64,000 bases of DNA from Candidatus Latescibacterota bacterium (lineage in GTDB: Bacteria; Krumholzibacteriota; Krumholzibacteriia; WVZY01): assembly GCA_963791045.1 (NCBI GenBank), contig CAWBQK010000011.1:128001-192000 (forward strand). Reading direction: 5' to 3'. This document shows, piece after piece, positions 16,840 through 26,420 of the stretch. The first letter of the stretch is position 1. Every line of letters begins with the position of its first letter. Below the pieces are notes generated by a model. It made no database searches and was not told where the DNA came from. It saw only the letters and a program-made list of their open reading frames with translations. The translations under genes and the position numbers were made by a program.

Positions 16840-19674
16840 ATGGCAAGACTGGGATTCGTGGTGCTCGGCGTGTTGTTGACGGTTCTTATGGTGTCGGACG
16901 CCATGGCAACGGTAACCAGGACGAACACCGAAATCGGGCTCGGCAGTTACGAAGTGCCCTTTTACGAGGGGGCGGACTACAGGGGCGATGTCAAATCCCC
17001 GACAGAGTTCTTTGGATTCGAACTCGGTGCTCATCCCGTTGGGTACGCGGAGACGATGGCGTATGCGAACTATCTCGCGAAGAATTTTCCGACGGTGGCG
17101 CTAAAGAAATACGCGGAAACGTATGAAGGCCGGGACCTCGTCTATCTGATAGTCAGTTCGCGTGAGAACATGGAGAACATCTCCGTGATCCAGGAGAATA
17201 TCGGTCTGCTCGCCGATCCGCGGCGGCTGGATGGCGACAAACAGGCCGAGGCGATTATCGAGGACAACCCCGCCGTGGCGTGGTTGGCGTATTCGATTCA
17301 TGGCGATGAACTATCGTCGACCGATGCGGCGCTCCAGCTTCTCTATCACCTGGTGGCCGGGGAAGACGAGCTGACGAAGAAGATCCGCGACGAGGTGGTC
17401 GTGTGTATCGATCCGCTTCAGAACCCTGATGGGCGCGAGCGGTGGATCAAACAAATTCAACAGTTCAACGGGGTCGTTCCCAACGACGATGTGCAGGCGG
17501 TGCAGCACCGCGGTGTGTGGCCGTATGGCCGTGGGAATCACTACCTCTTCGATCTCAACCGGGACTGGTTTACGTTGGTTCACCCCGCGAGTCGCGGCAA
17601 GATCAAGGCGCTTCTCGAATGGCATCCGCAGTACTTCACGGACAGCCACGAGATGGGCCCGCTAAGCACGTATCTTTTTTCACCGCCCCGCGAACCGTTC
17701 AATCCATTCATGATTCCGCAGATTCACAAGTGGTGGAAGACGTTCTCGGAAGATCAGGCGGCCGCTTTTGACAAGTTTGGGTGGAGTTACTACACACGGG
17801 AATGGAACGAAGAGTTTTATCCCGGGTACGGGAGTTCGTGGAGTATTTATGCGGGGGCGATCGGTCTTCTCTATGAACAGGCCGGTGTGGACGGGTCCGT
17901 TGTGCGCCGGCGCGATGGAACGATTATGACTTTTCGCGAAACGGTCCATCATCAGTTTACGAGTTCGATTGCAAACATCGGAACCGTCGCCAACAATCGC
18001 AAGGCGCTGCTTGAAGATTTCTATAATGAAAAGAAACTCGCCGTCGGCATATCCGGCAAGAGCAAGAAAAAGGCCGCGAAGGGGGGCGCGTTTGTTTTTC
18101 CGCCATCGGATAATAGATCGCGTCTCGATCGATTCGTGAAAACGCTTCGCGCCCAGAATATCGAAGTCTCAGTTGCGACCGAACCGTTCAAGCTCCGGCG
18201 CGCGGAAGCGTCTATAGACGGGGCGGTCAAAGACATCGATCTTCCCGCCGGAACGTATCTCGTGCCTCTCGCGCAACCGCTACGGCCGCTCGTCGAGGTG
18301 ATACTGTCGTTCGACATCCGGATGCCGACGCGTGTTCTCGAACTCGAACGCAAGGAACTCCTCAAGCACAACCGCTCGAAGCTCTATGAAATAACGGCGT
18401 GGTCGATGTCGCTGGGATACAACCTCGAGTGTTATTTCTCGGATGAGCTTCCGTCGGTCGATACCGGTGAACCCAGTTTCGAGGAACGTGGGGGAATTGT
18501 GGGCGACGGCGCCGGATTTGGATATGTTGTTGACTCGTCCGACGATCGCTTCGTCACGCTTCTCTCCCGGTTGTTCCGTGTGGACTGCCGCATGTGGTCG
18601 GCGAAGAAGCCGTTCGAGGTCGGCGGCCGTGAGTTCAAAAGGGGCAGCGTGCTGCTCAAGAATACTGCGAACCCGGATCTCGATCCCGACGAACTCGACC
18701 GGTTGGGCCGCGAACTGGGGATCGATATCGTTGGTGTGAATACCGCGCTTGCCACGTCGGGAGCCGATCTCGGTGGTGGGGAATTTGCCTTGTTGGAGCG
18801 GCCTCGGATCGGCCTGGTTGCCGGTTCGGGTGTGTCGACTTCGGGGTACGGCGCGTTGTGGCATCTTCTCGACGCGCAACTCGAATATCCGACTTCGACG
18901 CTGGATATCTCGGCGCTGGGCCATGCCGACTTGAGAAAGTACAACGTCATCGTGATTCCATCTTCGTGGTGGGGCGCCGACGTGTATTCCCGGATGTTGG
19001 GCAAAGCCGGCGTTAAGAAACTTAAAAAATGGATCGACGAGGGAGGGACACTCGTGGCGGTGGGCGCCGCCGCCGCTTTTGCCGCCGATACATCGGTGGC
19101 TCTGACATCGGTTCGTCAGAAACGCCAGGTGCTCAAAAAATACGAGGACTACGAACGTGTTCTCGAGCTTGCCCGGCTTGCCGAATCGCCGGTGGTTGAC
19201 AGCCTTGATTTATGGGAGGCCAATCCACCAGCGGAAAAGGACGATGAGAAGAAGATGCCGAAGCCGGATTTTGAAACGTTCAAGCAGGCCGATGAACTAG
19301 CGAGGCGGTTCAGGCCGCACGGCGCGATACTTGCCGTCGATCTCGACGAGACCCACTGGCTCTCGTTCGGCGAGCGGTCGCCGGTCCCTGTTCTTGCGCA
19401 GACGAGTTACACGTATTTGACCAAAACAAATGTCCAGGTGGCCGGCAAGTTTGCCGCGCAGGACCGCATCCGGCTTTCCGGCGTGTTGTGGCCGGAAGCG
19501 CGCGAGCGGTGGAGCGGGACGGCGTTTGTCACACGCGAGCACCGCGGCAGCGGTCAGGTCATACTTTTCGCCGACGAACCGAACTTCCGCGCTTATTTCC
19601 ACGGCGGTGAGCGTCTTCTTTTGAACGCGATATTTCTGGGCCCCGGGTTTGGAACGAGCCCGGTATTTTATTAG
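16840..19674 (+). CDS. Secreted M14-family zinc carboxypeptidase
   Basis: GGAGG SD; signal peptide; SIHGDE, NPDGRER, DLNRDW, DSHE motifs. Confidence 0.88.
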   Translation: MARLGFVVLGVLLTVLMVSDAMATVTRTNTEIGLGSYEVPFYEGADYRGDVKSPTEFFGFELGAHPVGYAETMAYANYLAKNFPTVALKKYAETYEGRDLVYLIVSSRENMENISVIQENIGLLADPRRLDGDKQAEAIIEDNPAVAWLAYSIHGDELSSTDAALQLLYHLVAGEDELTKKIRDEVVVCIDPLQNPDGRERWIKQIQQFNGVVPNDDVQAVQHRGVWPYGRGNHYLFDLNRDWFTLVHPASRGKIKALLEWHPQYFTDSHEMGPLSTYLFSPPREPFNPFMIPQIHKWWKTFSEDQAAAFDKFGWSYYTREWNEEFYPGYGSSWSIYAGAIGLLYEQAGVDGSVVRRRDGTIMTFRETVHHQFTSSIANIGTVANNRKALLEDFYNEKKLAVGISGKSKKKAAKGGAFVFPPSDNRSRLDRFVKTLRAQNIEVSVATEPFKLRRAEASIDGAVKDIDLPAGTYLVPLAQPLRPLVEVILSFDIRMPTRVLELERKELLKHNRSKLYEITAWSMSLGYNLECYFSDELPSVDTGEPSFEERGGIVGDGAGFGYVVDSSDDRFVTLLSRLFRVDCRMWSAKKPFEVGGREFKRGSVLLKNTANPDLDPDELDRLGRELGIDIVGVNTALATSGADLGGGEFALLERPRIGLVAGSGVSTSGYGALWHLLDAQLEYPTSTLDISALGHADLRKYNVIVIPSSWWGADVYSRMLGKAGVKKLKKWIDEGGTLVAVGAAAAFAADTSVALTSVRQKRQVLKKYEDYERVLELARLAESPVVDSLDLWEANPPAEKDDEKKMPKPDFETFKQADELARRFRPHGAILAVDLDETHWLSFGERSPVPVLAQTSYTYLTKTNVQVAGKFAAQDRIRLSGVLWPEARERWSGTAFVTREHRGSGQVILFADEPNFRAYFHGGERLLLNAIFLGPGFGTSPVFY

Positions 19675-19692
19675 AAATCAGGAGGACGGGGT

Positions 19693-20445
19693 TTGAACCA
19701 TAACCGGACGATTCTGCTGCCGATCATCTGTGTGTTGTTTCTAGCGGTATCCTGCCCTGTATGGGCGGGCGCGCCGATGACGCCGCGCGCCCGCAAAGCG
19801 GACAAGATAATAAAAAAGCATGTTGAAGCATTGGGCGGCGAGGCGAGCATAAGGGCGATCGAAACGCTCAACGTCAGTGGCCGTTTGTCGCGTTCGGGGA
19901 TGGAACTGCCTTTCTCCATGTGGTTGAAGCGCCCGAGGCTCGGCCGGATTGATTTCGATATCATGGGACAAAAACTCGTGCAGGCGTTTGACGGGAAGGA
20001 AGCCTGGTGGGTCAATCCGTTGTTCGGAGTGTTCAAACCGCGGAAAATGCCTGATGAGTTTGCCGAGCCGCTTCGATGGTGGGTCGAGTTTGAAAGCCCG
20101 TTGGTGGACTATTTGACAAAACGGCATCGAGCGGAATACACGGGTGAGGAGGAGATTCCAGGGGGGACGGCCCACGTCATAGAGCTGATACTGGCGGACG
20201 GCGACGTTTGGAAGTTTTACATCGACACCCGAACGAATCTTGAACACAAGCGCGTGTTTGGATGGGAATACAAAGGCGAGGTGCGAGAGGTGGAGACGAT
20301 ATTCACCGAGTTCGAAACGGTCGAGGGTGTCGTCCTGTTCAAGACCATTAAAGGCGTCGGTCCCGACGGTGTCCCCTTCAGAATGACATTCGAATCAATC
20401 AAAGCCAATGTCAGGATCGACGACAAACTCTTCGAGATGGACTAG
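19693..20445 (+). CDS. Exported LolA-like (outer-membrane lipoprotein-sorting-like) protein
   Basis: AGGAGG SD with TTG start; IIKKHVEALGG, QAFDGKEAW, IDDKLF pattern. Confidence 0.65.
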   Translation: MNHNRTILLPIICVLFLAVSCPVWAGAPMTPRARKADKIIKKHVEALGGEASIRAIETLNVSGRLSRSGMELPFSMWLKRPRLGRIDFDIMGQKLVQAFDGKEAWWVNPLFGVFKPRKMPDEFAEPLRWWVEFESPLVDYLTKRHRAEYTGEEEIPGGTAHVIELILADGDVWKFYIDTRTNLEHKRVFGWEYKGEVREVETIFTEFETVEGVVLFKTIKGVGPDGVPFRMTFESIKANVRIDDKLFEMD

Positions 20446-20468
20446 AACCCAAGCGGGCGTTTGGTCGA

Positions 20469-20566
20469 TGATTGGGCTGTCATAGGATCCGTGCGAATCC
20501 GCAGGGCGCTAATATTCGAGATGCGCCCGAGGACCCTGAGCTAAGGATCCTATGACAGCCCGATCA
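20469..20566. repeat. 22-bp inverted repeat enclosing 54 bp (MITE-like or long RNA hairpin)
   Basis: TGATTGGGCTGTCATAGGATCC (20469-20490) vs GGATCCTATGACAGCCCGATCA (20545-20566), one mismatch. Confidence 0.75.
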
Positions 20567-20684
20567 CAAAAGGAGGCGCGGGCTTGCCATCCAAGTAACT
20601 GAAGCGTCTGAGCTTAACACCCCGCACCTCGCTTCGCTCGGGGTAATCGATGACAGGACCCGCGCCGGTAATCGGAAGCCATAA

Positions 20685-21509
20685 ATGATCTATCTCATCA
20701 TTGCCGCGGTCATATGGGGGAGCTCGTTTCCCGTCATCACGTACGCGCTTGGTGATGTTTCGCCGTTTATGTTTCTCCTCGTCCGCTTCGCGCTCGCATT
20801 CGTTCTGCTTCTGCCGCGGTACCGGCGGCTGGACAGGCTCAAAACTCTCTTTCACCGCGACCTCATACTGATTTCGATTCCAAACACGCTTGCGTTTATT
20901 CTTCAATACAAGGCGCAGGAACTCACGACCGCGTCCAAGACCGCCCTGTTTCTAAACTCGAGCCCCATTTTTGTTGCCATCTTCTCGGCGGTTCTTCTCA
21001 AGGATCGGTTTACCTTCCGGCAGATGGCCGCGATGGTCATCGCGTTTGCCGGCGTCGTTGTTACAAGCACCGGTCTCGACTTTTCTGATTTTTCCGCGAT
21101 CAATCTCGGCGATGTCATGTGTCTCGGGGTCGGGTTTTTATGGGCGTTTTTTATCATCTATTCGAAAGGAATGGCCAAAAAACACGGCGCCTACAACATG
21201 TCGCAGGCGCTCTATTTCTGGGCGGCGGCGTCGGCCGTGCCGCTCGTTGGATTCGAGGATGTGCGGTTTTCGTGGGTGGTCGCTCCCGCCGTCGTCTACC
21301 TCTCGGTTTTTACGACGATTCTGGCATTCTATCTCTATCTCAAAGGGGTTCAATCGGTTTCGGCCCTGTCGACATCGATCATCATCCTCGTCGAGATCGT
21401 GGTGGCCTTCCTGATTTCACACTTTTTTCTCGGCGAGTCGTTTTCCACGATCGAGTCGGTGGGCGTAATAATGGTGCTTGCCGGTGTCCTTATGGTGATG
21501 AAAAAATGA
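20685..21509 (+). CDS. DMT/EamA family transporter
   Basis: IWGSSF, RFALA, FLGE motifs; about 10 TM. Confidence 0.88.
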   Translation: MIYLIIAAVIWGSSFPVITYALGDVSPFMFLLVRFALAFVLLLPRYRRLDRLKTLFHRDLILISIPNTLAFILQYKAQELTTASKTALFLNSSPIFVAIFSAVLLKDRFTFRQMAAMVIAFAGVVVTSTGLDFSDFSAINLGDVMCLGVGFLWAFFIIYSKGMAKKHGAYNMSQALYFWAAASAVPLVGFEDVRFSWVVAPAVVYLSVFTTILAFYLYLKGVQSVSALSTSIIILVEIVVAFLISHFFLGESFSTIESVGVIMVLAGVLMVMKK

Positions 21510-21625
21510 CCTCCGCGTCTTTGGGCCACCAAACTAATGTTGACCCCGTTCTAACGTTTTGATATCCTTTGACTTCCCTCTTCGGAAATTGTCCTTATCC
21601 CACCACCCCAACTTAGGAGGGCCGA

Positions 21626-22735
21626 ATGAGGCGTTCTCCATTTTTGGTGCTTGGGCTGATCGTGGCCGTTCTCGCGGTTGGAATCTGGGGATGTTCCGAT
21701 ACAAGCGACTCCCCTGTCGCACCGCAGAATCTGCCCGATGCAAGCCTCTTCAGTGCCAAGAGCATCCAGGTACAATCTGTGATGGCGGTCCAGGATCGTC
21801 ATACTCCGAGCCTGATGGCCGATCCCGAAGTGATCGGTACAGCCACAGGGCTAACGGATGATGGCCGTCTCGCCGTCGTGGTTTTGGTTACCACAGAGAA
21901 AGCACGGAAGGGATTGCCTGCAACGCTCGACGGTGTGCCGGTCAAAGCAATGAAGACCGAGCCGATCCGTGCGTACAAGAAACCTCCACCGGTAACCGAA
22001 GAAGATCCGAAGTCGCGTCTCGACCGGCCGATCAAGCTCGGTTGTTCGGGAGGCAACGCGCTGGATCTGGCGAATGGCTATTGCTGCAGCGGTACGCTGG
22101 GGGCGCTGATCACCAAGGCAGGGAAATTCTACATTCTGAGTAACTCACACGTGCTGGCCGGTGACTTTGCAAGCAGCGCCACCGACCCGGATGTGGCTCA
22201 GATTGGTGATCCAATCAATCAGCCCGGTCTGATTGAGGTTGGTTGTCAGAATATTGCGGCCGACTACGTCGCGAATCTCTCGTCGCTCACGTCGCTCAAC
22301 GGGAGTCTGAATATTGACGCGGCGATTGCCGAGATCATGACGGGTCAGGTCCGTACGGACGGTTACATTCTCGAAATCGGCACGCTGTCGGCTACGACGG
22401 CCACCGCGTATGTCGGAATGGACGTCAAGAAAAGCGGAAGAACTACCGGTTTGACACGTGCGACCGTCTCGGGCCTCAATGCGACGATTACCGTCGGATA
22501 TGAGGACGAGTGCGCGGGCACCGCTTTCACAATTGTGTACACCGGTCAGATTCTTGTTTCCCAGAGAGCGAGCAAGTTCCTCAATAGTGGGGACTCGGGT
22601 TCGCTCATGGTCGAGGATGTCTCGACGAATCCGTCCGCTGTTGGTCTTCTCTTCGCGGGAAGCAGCAGAACGGCGATTGCAAATCCGATCAACGACGTGC
22701 TTTCGCACTTTGGTGCGACGATGGTTGGTCAATAG
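21626..22735 (+). CDS. Lipoprotein trypsin-like serine protease with N-terminal prodomain
   Basis: AGGAGG SD; lipobox IWGC; SGTLG, SNSHV (His), IDAA (Asp), KSGRTTG, GDSGS (Ser), VGLLFAGS. Confidence 0.85.
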   Translation: MRRSPFLVLGLIVAVLAVGIWGCSDTSDSPVAPQNLPDASLFSAKSIQVQSVMAVQDRHTPSLMADPEVIGTATGLTDDGRLAVVVLVTTEKARKGLPATLDGVPVKAMKTEPIRAYKKPPPVTEEDPKSRLDRPIKLGCSGGNALDLANGYCCSGTLGALITKAGKFYILSNSHVLAGDFASSATDPDVAQIGDPINQPGLIEVGCQNIAADYVANLSSLTSLNGSLNIDAAIAEIMTGQVRTDGYILEIGTLSATTATAYVGMDVKKSGRTTGLTRATVSGLNATITVGYEDECAGTAFTIVYTGQILVSQRASKFLNSGDSGSLMVEDVSTNPSAVGLLFAGSSRTAIANPINDVLSHFGATMVGQ

Positions 22736-22790
22736 ATTGAGTGGTTTTCGCGTCCGCGCGTGGCAGCGCGTGGAAGGATAATTTAGGGCA

Positions 22791-22827
22791 TACCCGCTCC
22801 GCTGTCAGGCCGGAGCGGGTAATTTTT
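22791..22827 (+). terminator. Intrinsic terminator after the protease
   Basis: TACCCGCTCCG-9nt-CGGAGCGGGTA followed by ATTTTT. Confidence 0.65.
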
Positions 22828-22885
22828 AAATATTACAAATCGGCGACAGGGCCCGCGCCGCCAACAAACCACGAAAGGATTTCCG

Positions 22886-23119
22886 GTGAGTCGTTCCATA
22901 AAAGAACTTATACACGAGAACGCCGAAAAGCTCATGTCGATACCCGGTGTAATCGGTGTGGGAGAGGGCGCGCTCGACGACGGTACGCCGTGTCTTCTCG
23001 TTCTTGTCGTCGAATCAAACCCTGACATACAAAAAAGCATTCCCGCGGATATCGGGGGTGTTCCCGTAAAGATCGAAGTTACTGGTGAAATCAAGGGGAT
23101 GTCGGAGGATGGGGACTGA
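22886..23119 (+). CDS. 77-aa protein homologous to the prodomain of the upstream protease
   Basis: AAAGGA SD with GTG start; aligns by eye with protease residues ~55-117. Confidence 0.75.
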   Translation: MSRSIKELIHENAEKLMSIPGVIGVGEGALDDGTPCLLVLVVESNPDIQKSIPADIGGVPVKIEVTGEIKGMSEDGD

Positions 23120-23127
23120 GGCTTCGA

Positions 23128-24087
23128 TCAAGGCGCGGAGCCGGGAAAGTCGCGTGATTCTTCCAGAGTTAGCCCGTCCGCTGCCTTCATCTCATCCAAC
23201 CACGCGGCAATTAAATTCCGGTCATCTGTGAGAGTCCGAATGCCTTCCGTCTCAGGCCGGAATCTGTTTTCCCAGGCATGAAAACGATCGTATGCCGGAG
23301 TCATCCTGTCGTAGGGTGTCGGTGGTTCCTCGGCGAGCTCGAGCGATCGATTCGACGCTAACAGCACGACGTACCCGAGCGTGTTTGGCGGTTCGGCCAT
23401 CGGAAGCGCGAGAACGTTTTCAAAACGGGTTTCAAGAGTGGCGGCGACAGACCGGACAATATCGTGGCGCCAGCCGACAGACCCAATGTTTACCATCATG
23501 ACGCCGTCGTCGGCGAGCCGTGACGCGGCGACGTCGATTCCTTCCTTCGTAAGCAGCGGCGCCGGGACGGTCCGGCTTCCAAACGCGTCGACAATGATCA
23601 ACGTCCAGGGATCCCCCTGGAAGGCGAGAAAATCACGCGCCGTCGTCGCGTGAACGCGGGCGACTTCCTTCTCGAGTCCGAACCTTGTCCGGGCGAGAAT
23701 GGTGATTTCTTCGTCCGGTTCGATGACGTCGACCATCCATCCGTCCGCCGCGTAACTTCTTGCCACCGATCCACTCCCCAGGCCGACGATCAGCGCCCGT
23801 CCAGCGGTTTTAAAATACCCCTTGCCCAGATCCAGGACGTGGGCGTAGCCGCACCGGAACTGCCCGGTTCCGATGTCGAACACTGTATGAACCCTGGTGT
23901 CGGCGATAAGAAAACGGCGTCCGTGGGAGTCGACGGCGCTGATTTCACTGAAATTGACCGGTGCGACGGGCCCGCGGCGGCCGCCGTTCGAGAAGAAATC
24001 GCGGATCGATATGACGGCAAATGCCGCTACGGTGAATAGAACCACCAGTACCGCGATACGGAGAATTTGTCCTTTGCCTGAGTTCAT
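23128..24087 (-). CDS. Spermidine-synthase-like SAM-dependent transferase with N-terminal TM helix
   Basis: LIVGLGSGS, VDVIE, IIVDAF, LTDDRN. Confidence 0.75.
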   Translation of the reverse strand: MNSGKGQILRIAVLVVLFTVAAFAVISIRDFFSNGGRRGPVAPVNFSEISAVDSHGRRFLIADTRVHTVFDIGTGQFRCGYAHVLDLGKGYFKTAGRALIVGLGSGSVARSYAADGWMVDVIEPDEEITILARTRFGLEKEVARVHATTARDFLAFQGDPWTLIIVDAFGSRTVPAPLLTKEGIDVAASRLADDGVMMVNIGSVGWRHDIVRSVAATLETRFENVLALPMAEPPNTLGYVVLLASNRSLELAEEPPTPYDRMTPAYDRFHAWENRFRPETEGIRTLTDDRNLIAAWLDEMKAADGLTLEESRDFPGSAP

Positions 24088-24182
24088 CTGTGTCTTCGTG
24101 CTTTGATAGATTGTGCCTGTCTGTCCCGTCTAGTATACTTCGAGTTCGTACGGTATCAATCAATTTTTACATCTGGAGTCAT

Positions 24183-25583
24183 ATGATGGAAATAAAATTC
24201 CTCGGTGGGGCGCGGACTGTGACGGGATCACGCCATCTTGTATCGGTAAACGGCAAGAATATTCTTCTCGAATGCGGTCTCTTCCAGGGACGCCGAAGCG
24301 AGACGTACGAGAAAAACCTCAACTTCGAGTTCAATCCGGCGGATATCGATGCGGTTCTTTTGTCGCACGCTCATATCGATCACAGCGGCAATATTCCCAA
24401 CCTCTACAAGCAAGGCTACAAGAACCCGGTATACGCGACATCGGCGACGGTGGATCTTTGCCAGATTTTGCTCCGTGACAGTGCGTATCTTCAGGAGAAG
24501 GACGTCGAATGGGTCAACAAAAACCGGGCGTCCAAACACGAGAAACCGATCGAACCGATCTATTCGCTCGACGATGCCGAGGAAGCGCTCAGACATTTCG
24601 TCGGCATCCAGTACAACCGTCCGTACAGGGTGGTGCCGGGAGTAATGGCCAGTTTTCACGATGCGGGGCACATCCTGGGGTCGGCGAGTATCGTTCTTGA
24701 TATCGAGGAAGACGGCCGCAAGGTGCGGCTTGGGTTCAGCGGGGACGTGGGACGCAAGGATATGCCGATCATCCGGGATCCCGAGCGTTTGAAAGATCTC
24801 GACGCGCTCATTATTGAAAGCACGTACGGCGACCGGGAACATATCGACGGTTCCGGCGCCGAGGCAGAATTGGCGGATCTGATTAACCGGACCTTCAAGC
24901 GCGGCGGCAAGGTGATAATTCCGGCCTTTGCCGTGGGAAGAACCCAGCGGCTCGTCTACATACTTCACGAGCTTCTCGACAAGAAAATGATTCCCGAAAT
25001 CCCCGTCTACGTGGACAGCCCGATGGCGTGCAACGCGATCGATGTGTTTCGCTCGCACCCCGAGTGTTTCGACCGCGAAGCGTACTTCCACTTTGTCAAT
25101 GACGCCGTCGACATATTTACACCGCCGGGATTCACGTGCGTGCGCAAGGCGGATTCGTCCAAGAAGCTTAACCTCATCTCCGACCCCCACATCATCATTT
25201 CGGCGTCGGGAATGGCTGAAGGCGGCCGAATCCTGCATCACCTGCGCAACAATATCGAAGATGAAAAGAACCTGATTCTTATGGTCGGGTTCTCCGCCCA
25301 ACACACGCTCGCGCGGCGGATAATGGACGGGGATAAGGATATTAAGATCTTTGGCGAGCCGTACCGCGTCAAAGCCGAGGTCGCGACTATGCCGTATTTC
25401 AGCGCCCACGGTGACTGGAAGGACCTCATCGATTTCATGTCCGACAATTCGCCGGACAAACTCAAATCAATCTTTGTGGTTCACGGTGAAGAAAGTCAGT
25501 CGCTGGCTCTGAAGGAAAAGATTGAGAACAAGGGGTTCAAAAACGTTGTGGTTCCGGATCGACTGGAGACGTTTACTGTGTGA
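24183..25583 (+). CDS. MBL-fold beta-CASP ribonuclease
   Basis: FLGGARTVTGS, SHAHIDHSG, AGHILGS, FSGD, ESTYG, PAFAVGR, FSAHGD, VHGE. Confidence 0.93.
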   Translation: MMEIKFLGGARTVTGSRHLVSVNGKNILLECGLFQGRRSETYEKNLNFEFNPADIDAVLLSHAHIDHSGNIPNLYKQGYKNPVYATSATVDLCQILLRDSAYLQEKDVEWVNKNRASKHEKPIEPIYSLDDAEEALRHFVGIQYNRPYRVVPGVMASFHDAGHILGSASIVLDIEEDGRKVRLGFSGDVGRKDMPIIRDPERLKDLDALIIESTYGDREHIDGSGAEAELADLINRTFKRGGKVIIPAFAVGRTQRLVYILHELLDKKMIPEIPVYVDSPMACNAIDVFRSHPECFDREAYFHFVNDAVDIFTPPGFTCVRKADSSKKLNLISDPHIIISASGMAEGGRILHHLRNNIEDEKNLILMVGFSAQHTLARRIMDGDKDIKIFGEPYRVKAEVATMPYFSAHGDWKDLIDFMSDNSPDKLKSIFVVHGEESQSLALKEKIENKGFKNVVVPDRLETFTV

Positions 25584-25632
25584 CGGGCAGACGGAACAAG
25601 ATCGCCCGCGGGGCGGATATGATTTCACAGAC

Positions 25633-25664
25633 AAAAAAAGGGGCAAGCACGCTTGCCCCTTTTT
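25633..25664. terminator. Bidirectional intrinsic terminator
   Basis: A7-GGGGCAAGC-ac-GCTTGCCCC-T5 between convergent genes. Confidence 0.8.
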
Positions 25665-25700
25665 ATTGATTTCTTTTCGCTTTGACCGCGAATTGCCGGA

Positions 25701-26297
25701 TCAGGATTCGGGTTTGAACGATTCCATGAACTCGTAAAAGCTCTTTTCCCAGTGGGCGACGGTTTTCTCGGGACCGATGAGTTTTGCGAACCACGGGCCG
25801 CCGGGTGTTTCAACGACGCCGCCGAGCATCCGGTAGTTGGCCAACAGGTCTTCCCCTCCGCCTTCCATTCCCATACCCATCTGCGAGGGGTTAAAAGATC
25901 CCGTCAGGTCAACGGTGGTCTGCTGAAACCCGTGGACCTCGCTCTTGTTGACCTTTGCCACCGCGGAGGAGGGCCGGCCGTCCGGCTGGGCGAACTGTCC
26001 GTACCAGCGCTGGATGTTGGCCTCGACGCTGCCGCCCGCGCCTGGGAAATGAAATACGTAACACGATCCGTCCTCTTTATCTCCCTCGACTTTGGGGATC
26101 TTGTACTGAGCGAGCCGCATTCCCGAGCTTGGCTCTTCGTCGACCCAACCTTCGGGCGCCGTCCATGTGAGTTGGCCCGTCGACGTTGATTTGGGGGCTG
26201 AAGTGGCTTGCGAGTCCTTCGCGGGTTCCTGCTTTTGTCCGCACGATGCGACAAAAAGCATACATATGGCTATGATCAGATATCTCATGATCGTCAT
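25701..26297 (-). CDS. Hypothetical lipoprotein
   Basis: AGGAG SD; lipobox VASC; PEGW and GGSVEANIQRW.GQF motifs. Confidence 0.75.
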   Translation of the reverse strand: MTIMRYLIIAICMLFVASCGQKQEPAKDSQATSAPKSTSTGQLTWTAPEGWVDEEPSSGMRLAQYKIPKVEGDKEDGSCYVFHFPGAGGSVEANIQRWYGQFAQPDGRPSSAVAKVNKSEVHGFQQTTVDLTGSFNPSQMGMGMEGGGEDLLANYRMLGGVVETPGGPWFAKLIGPEKTVAHWEKSFYEFMESFKPES

Positions 26298-26420
26298 TTC
26301 TCCTGTGAGTCAAAAAATGGGTTAGATTGAGTAGGGGGAAATATTACACGGAAACCGCCGAAATCAAAGCGATTTCTGCCGATGTTTCGAGGCCGTCTGG
26401 AGATCGAGAGCCGGCCCGGG

